Positions 23,345 through 25,825 of a stretch of 25,825 nucleotides of DNA are shown here, one piece after another. Made by a program: the position numbers and the translations under genes. Source of the DNA: a virus. Taxonomy: Duplodnaviria > Caudoviricetes. The stretch spans positions 1 to 25,825 of IMG/VR virus record IMGVR_UViG_3300043548_000792. One strand, 5' to 3'. Numbering within the stretch: the stretch's first letter is position 1; each line of letters begins with the position of its first letter. The notes beneath the pieces are model-generated. The model made no database searches. It was not told the DNA's origin and was given only the letters and a program-made list of their open reading frames with translations.

Positions 23345-23468
23345 GCGGGCGGGATCATTTTGTTGATGCCACCGAAATGATCGCACCCGCAGGCAGTCCG
23401 GCGGTCGGAGAAACTTCGCCGGACTGCGGTCCGTCGCTTGACGGTGGAGGCTAGTGGCTCCCTGCGGG
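23345..23468 (-). ncRNA. candidate structured RNA element: four-way junction plus palindrome
   Basis: Stems of 7, 4, 5 and 11 bp (23386-23468) followed by GATCATTT...AAATGATC; intergenic. Confidence 0.4.
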
Positions 23469-23476
23469 GCGAAAGA

Positions 23477-23692
23477 CTAGGACATCCCGAAGATTTTCAT
23501 AAGGTCGGCAACGGCGGCGGGGTTCTCTGGCTGAGGGCTCGGCTCGTGCTCGGGCTCGCCTTCGTGAATGGCCAAGTCCCATGTCTGGTCGAACATCTTG
23601 CGCAGGCCGCGCGTTGACAAAGTAACATTTCCATCACGCTCGAATGCGGGATTCTTTGCGCAGTATATTTTCCAGAGTTGGGATTTTTTCAT
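23477..23692 (-). CDS. hypothetical protein (71 aa)
   Basis: ATG 23692 overlaps the terL stop (ATGA). Confidence 0.65.
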   Translation of the reverse strand: MKKSQLWKIYCAKNPAFERDGNVTLSTRGLRKMFDQTWDLAIHEGEPEHEPSPQPENPAAVADLMKIFGMS

Positions 23693-25368
23693 TTGAATTC
23701 GATGGCTCCGGCTTTGCGGAGTTGTTGGGCGCAGGCGTAGTTGAGGCGAACGGAGTCGGCGAAGTGGTCGCCTGCGACTGAGCGCCATTCCTTGCGGCCT
23801 TTTTTGCTGACGATGATTTTTTGACCCATGAAGGCGGACAGGAATTCTTCGCCGGAGTCTTTGGGGAAAAACAGGAATGGGGATTTGCGCTTGGCGATGC
23901 GGTCGATGAAGAGGGAGACTTTCGAGGCAAATTCGTTGACGGTGTAAAGCGGCATGGTGGGGTATTCCTTGAGCACGCTTTCGGAGATGCTGCCGAAATT
24001 CGCGCCGGAGCCTTTGGCGGGGAAAAAGAAATTCCCAGAGAGGTAGCAGGCGCGATAAACGGCGTTGGCGTTAAAGCCTGAGTCGAGGAGGCCGCCGATG
24101 GGGGTGACTTCCCTGCCGTCGGGCGTTTTGAATTTCTGCGACTGCGCGACCTGGAGCATGTCCTCGATGCCGGTGACGGTGCCGTAGTCGAGCACATAGG
24201 CGTCGCCATTTTCTGAAAAGGCCATGGTGGTCCAGTGCGATGTGTCTTGGCCGACATCGGCTGACAGGGTGATGGCGACGGGCTCGATGGGGCAGGCTCC
24301 GCGAAGGTAGTCTCCACGACAGGCGAGGACTTCGGCGCTGGTGGCTCCGGTGCCTTGGACGGTCCACCGGCGGGCGTTGCGCTTTTGGATGAATTGTTTC
24401 ATGGCCTCGGTGTCTCCGGCCTTGCGGTCGAGATCGGCTTTGACCCACTCGACGGCGAGCGATCCCCACGGAATCCACCAGACGGCGCTGGCATCGTAGT
24501 GGAAGGCGATGCGGCCGGGCGCGCCATTCGATGTGACGATGTAGCGGGAGCCGGAGGAGAGGGCGCGGCGGATGCGGGGGTCGTCCATGTATTCGTGCGA
24601 GCAGGTGGGGCAGACGAGGCGGGCGCTCTTGGCGACGCGGTCCCAGAGCATGGAGCCATTGGCGTCGGTCTCTCGGTCGAAGGCGATGTTTTTGAAATCC
24701 CACGGGTGGACTTCGCCGCATAGGCATTGCCAGGAGAATTCGCGTTTCTCGCAGAGGTCTTCGGCGTCGTGGAAGTCGTCGCCTTCTTCGCCGCCTTGGG
24801 AGACGAGGATGCGGCGGGCGTTCCAGCGATCGTGGGTGCGCCGGCGGAATTCCTCGAGCATGCCGCGCTTCCAGCGCCAGACCTCATCGGCGATGGCCCA
24901 ACGGATGGATTTCTCCTGGAGGCTGGTGAGGTTGGCCCCGCCGATGAAGAGGGGCATGTGGGGAAAGAGGATTTCGGTTTTGCGCTTCTGGTGGCGGTCT
25001 TTCGGGAAGAGCTTGGCGACCGAGGGGATGGCTTCGAGCATCGGGCCGAGGCGCGACTCTGCCCACTGCTTGGCGGTCTTGTCGGTCTGGCCGGTGACAA
25101 GGGTCGGGCCGGGGTTCTCGCTGATGATCCACGCGAGGAGCGACTCGAAGAGCGTCGTCTTGCCACTGCCGACAGGCGCGCAAATGATGATCTCGTCGTT
25201 GGTGTCTTTGGCGATCTCCTCGATGGGCTCGTTCATCCATTGCGCTGTCGTGGAATCGAATTGCGTATTCCGAGCCGAATGCGGGACGACGACATGGCGA
25301 GACATCCATTGCACGGGGCTCAGGCGCTCGCCGGGGTTGACTCCGAGTTTGAAGAATTCCGCAATCAT
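23689..25368 (-). CDS. terL: terminase large subunit, lambda GpA family
   Basis: Walker A APVGSGKT, Walker B WAIADE, Cys pairs CLCG/CPTC, nuclease SADVG; start ATG 25368 overlaps the terS stop. Confidence 0.92.
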   Translation of the reverse strand: MIAEFFKLGVNPGERLSPVQWMSRHVVVPHSARNTQFDSTTAQWMNEPIEEIAKDTNDEIIICAPVGSGKTTLFESLLAWIISENPGPTLVTGQTDKTAKQWAESRLGPMLEAIPSVAKLFPKDRHQKRKTEILFPHMPLFIGGANLTSLQEKSIRWAIADEVWRWKRGMLEEFRRRTHDRWNARRILVSQGGEEGDDFHDAEDLCEKREFSWQCLCGEVHPWDFKNIAFDRETDANGSMLWDRVAKSARLVCPTCSHEYMDDPRIRRALSSGSRYIVTSNGAPGRIAFHYDASAVWWIPWGSLAVEWVKADLDRKAGDTEAMKQFIQKRNARRWTVQGTGATSAEVLACRGDYLRGACPIEPVAITLSADVGQDTSHWTTMAFSENGDAYVLDYGTVTGIEDMLQVAQSQKFKTPDGREVTPIGGLLDSGFNANAVYRACYLSGNFFFPAKGSGANFGSISESVLKEYPTMPLYTVNEFASKVSLFIDRIAKRKSPFLFFPKDSGEEFLSAFMGQKIIVSKKGRKEWRSVAGDHFADSVRLNYACAQQLRKAGAIEFK

Positions 25369-25769
25369 TCGTCGGCGAGGGTTTTGAGGATGCGGTTGAT
25401 TTCGTCCTCTAGGATCGGGACCATCTGCGCCGCCGATAGACCTTCGAGTCTGCCAGGCAATGCGCCAACCCACGAAAGGAGTTGAGCCTTCACGGCCATG
25501 CCGAGAGCGATCATTTCCTCCTCTACTTTCTCTTTCGCAATGTGTTTTCCCTTCGTGACCTCAAGGAGATATTCGATGCGGTCGCCCTCGAGCTTGAGCT
25601 TGCGCAACCTCGCCGCCTTCATGTCCTCGACGGGTAGGCCGGTCGTCTCGGATTCGGCGGCGAGGTTGCGAGCCTGCCGCTTCGTCACAGCAAGCTCGTC
25701 GGCAATGCGATCCGTCACCGGATTGCGCGGGCGACCCTTGCCCCTCTTGGGGGTGTTCTTTGGTTTCAT
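25365..25769 (-). CDS. terS: terminase small subunit (Nu1-like)
   Basis: HTH-like IADELAVTKRQARNL, ARLRKLKLE coiled coil, ALPGRL; directly upstream of terL. Confidence 0.75.
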   Translation of the reverse strand: MKPKNTPKRGKGRPRNPVTDRIADELAVTKRQARNLAAESETTGLPVEDMKAARLRKLKLEGDRIEYLLEVTKGKHIAKEKVEEEMIALGMAVKAQLLSWVGALPGRLEGLSAAQMVPILEDEINRILKTLADE

Positions 25770-25825
25770 TATAGGGAAATGGGAATTTTATTGCTCACAC
25801 AAAACTAACGAGCGACTGGCAAACT

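Noticed and set aside
21834-23480. Hammerhead or HDV-like ribozyme, group II intron remnant or known riboswitch in the structured segments
   Set aside because: I could not place the required cores (CUGANGA/GAAA, HDV P3/L3, domain V) by eye.
3485-25473. Longest-ORF starts at 3592, 4034, 4777, 5242, 11107, 20115, 23788 and 25473
   Set aside because: They overlap upstream genes; downstream ATGs coupled to stop codons fit better.
3177-25485. Long plus-strand ORFs such as 14017..14892, 18268..19875, 19986..21281 and 24572..25387
   Set aside because: Antisense shadows of GC-rich minus-strand genes with no recognisable motifs.
25767-25825. terS promoter or cos site
   Set aside because: TATAAT overlaps the ATG with no correctly spaced -35, and the window ends too soon to judge cos.
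1-25825. Replication-less satellite or GTA-like element, given no replication or repressor module
   Set aside because: The window may simply be partial; absence here is not evidence.

Overview
The window is about 25.8 kb of a temperate, long-tailed dsDNA phage with a lambda-like head module. Almost every credible gene is on the minus strand. Read 25825->1 the order is: terS, GpA-type terL, an accessory insertion with several structured non-coding segments, gpW-like protein, lambda-family portal, ClpP-type protease/scaffold, major capsid, head-tail and tail genes (tail chaperone with a GGGAAAC -1 frameshift), tape measure, modular tail-tip/fibre genes, lysis cassette, metallophosphoesterase, a tRNA-Thr(CGT) 3'-half attP, tyrosine integrase, a DUF2335-like gene pair and an orphan higA-like gene. 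Phage genes flank the att core on both sides, so this looks like the unintegrated form. Integrase style and SD-less C/A-rich leaders suggest a PVC-type host such as Verrucomicrobiota (inference only). The most striking unexplained signal is a minus-strand motif, TTTGACA-N13/14-purine, in 8 exact copies counted by eye. Five sit exactly 13-14 nt before a start codon, including an internal in-frame ATG of the protease gene (probable nested scaffold). A TTTGACT variant sits 14 nt before the 5' end of a self-closing ~140-nt structured RNA candidate. This suggests a non-canonical single-box late promoter giving leaderless transcripts, or a translational operator. All calls are by eye; no searches or folding programs were run.
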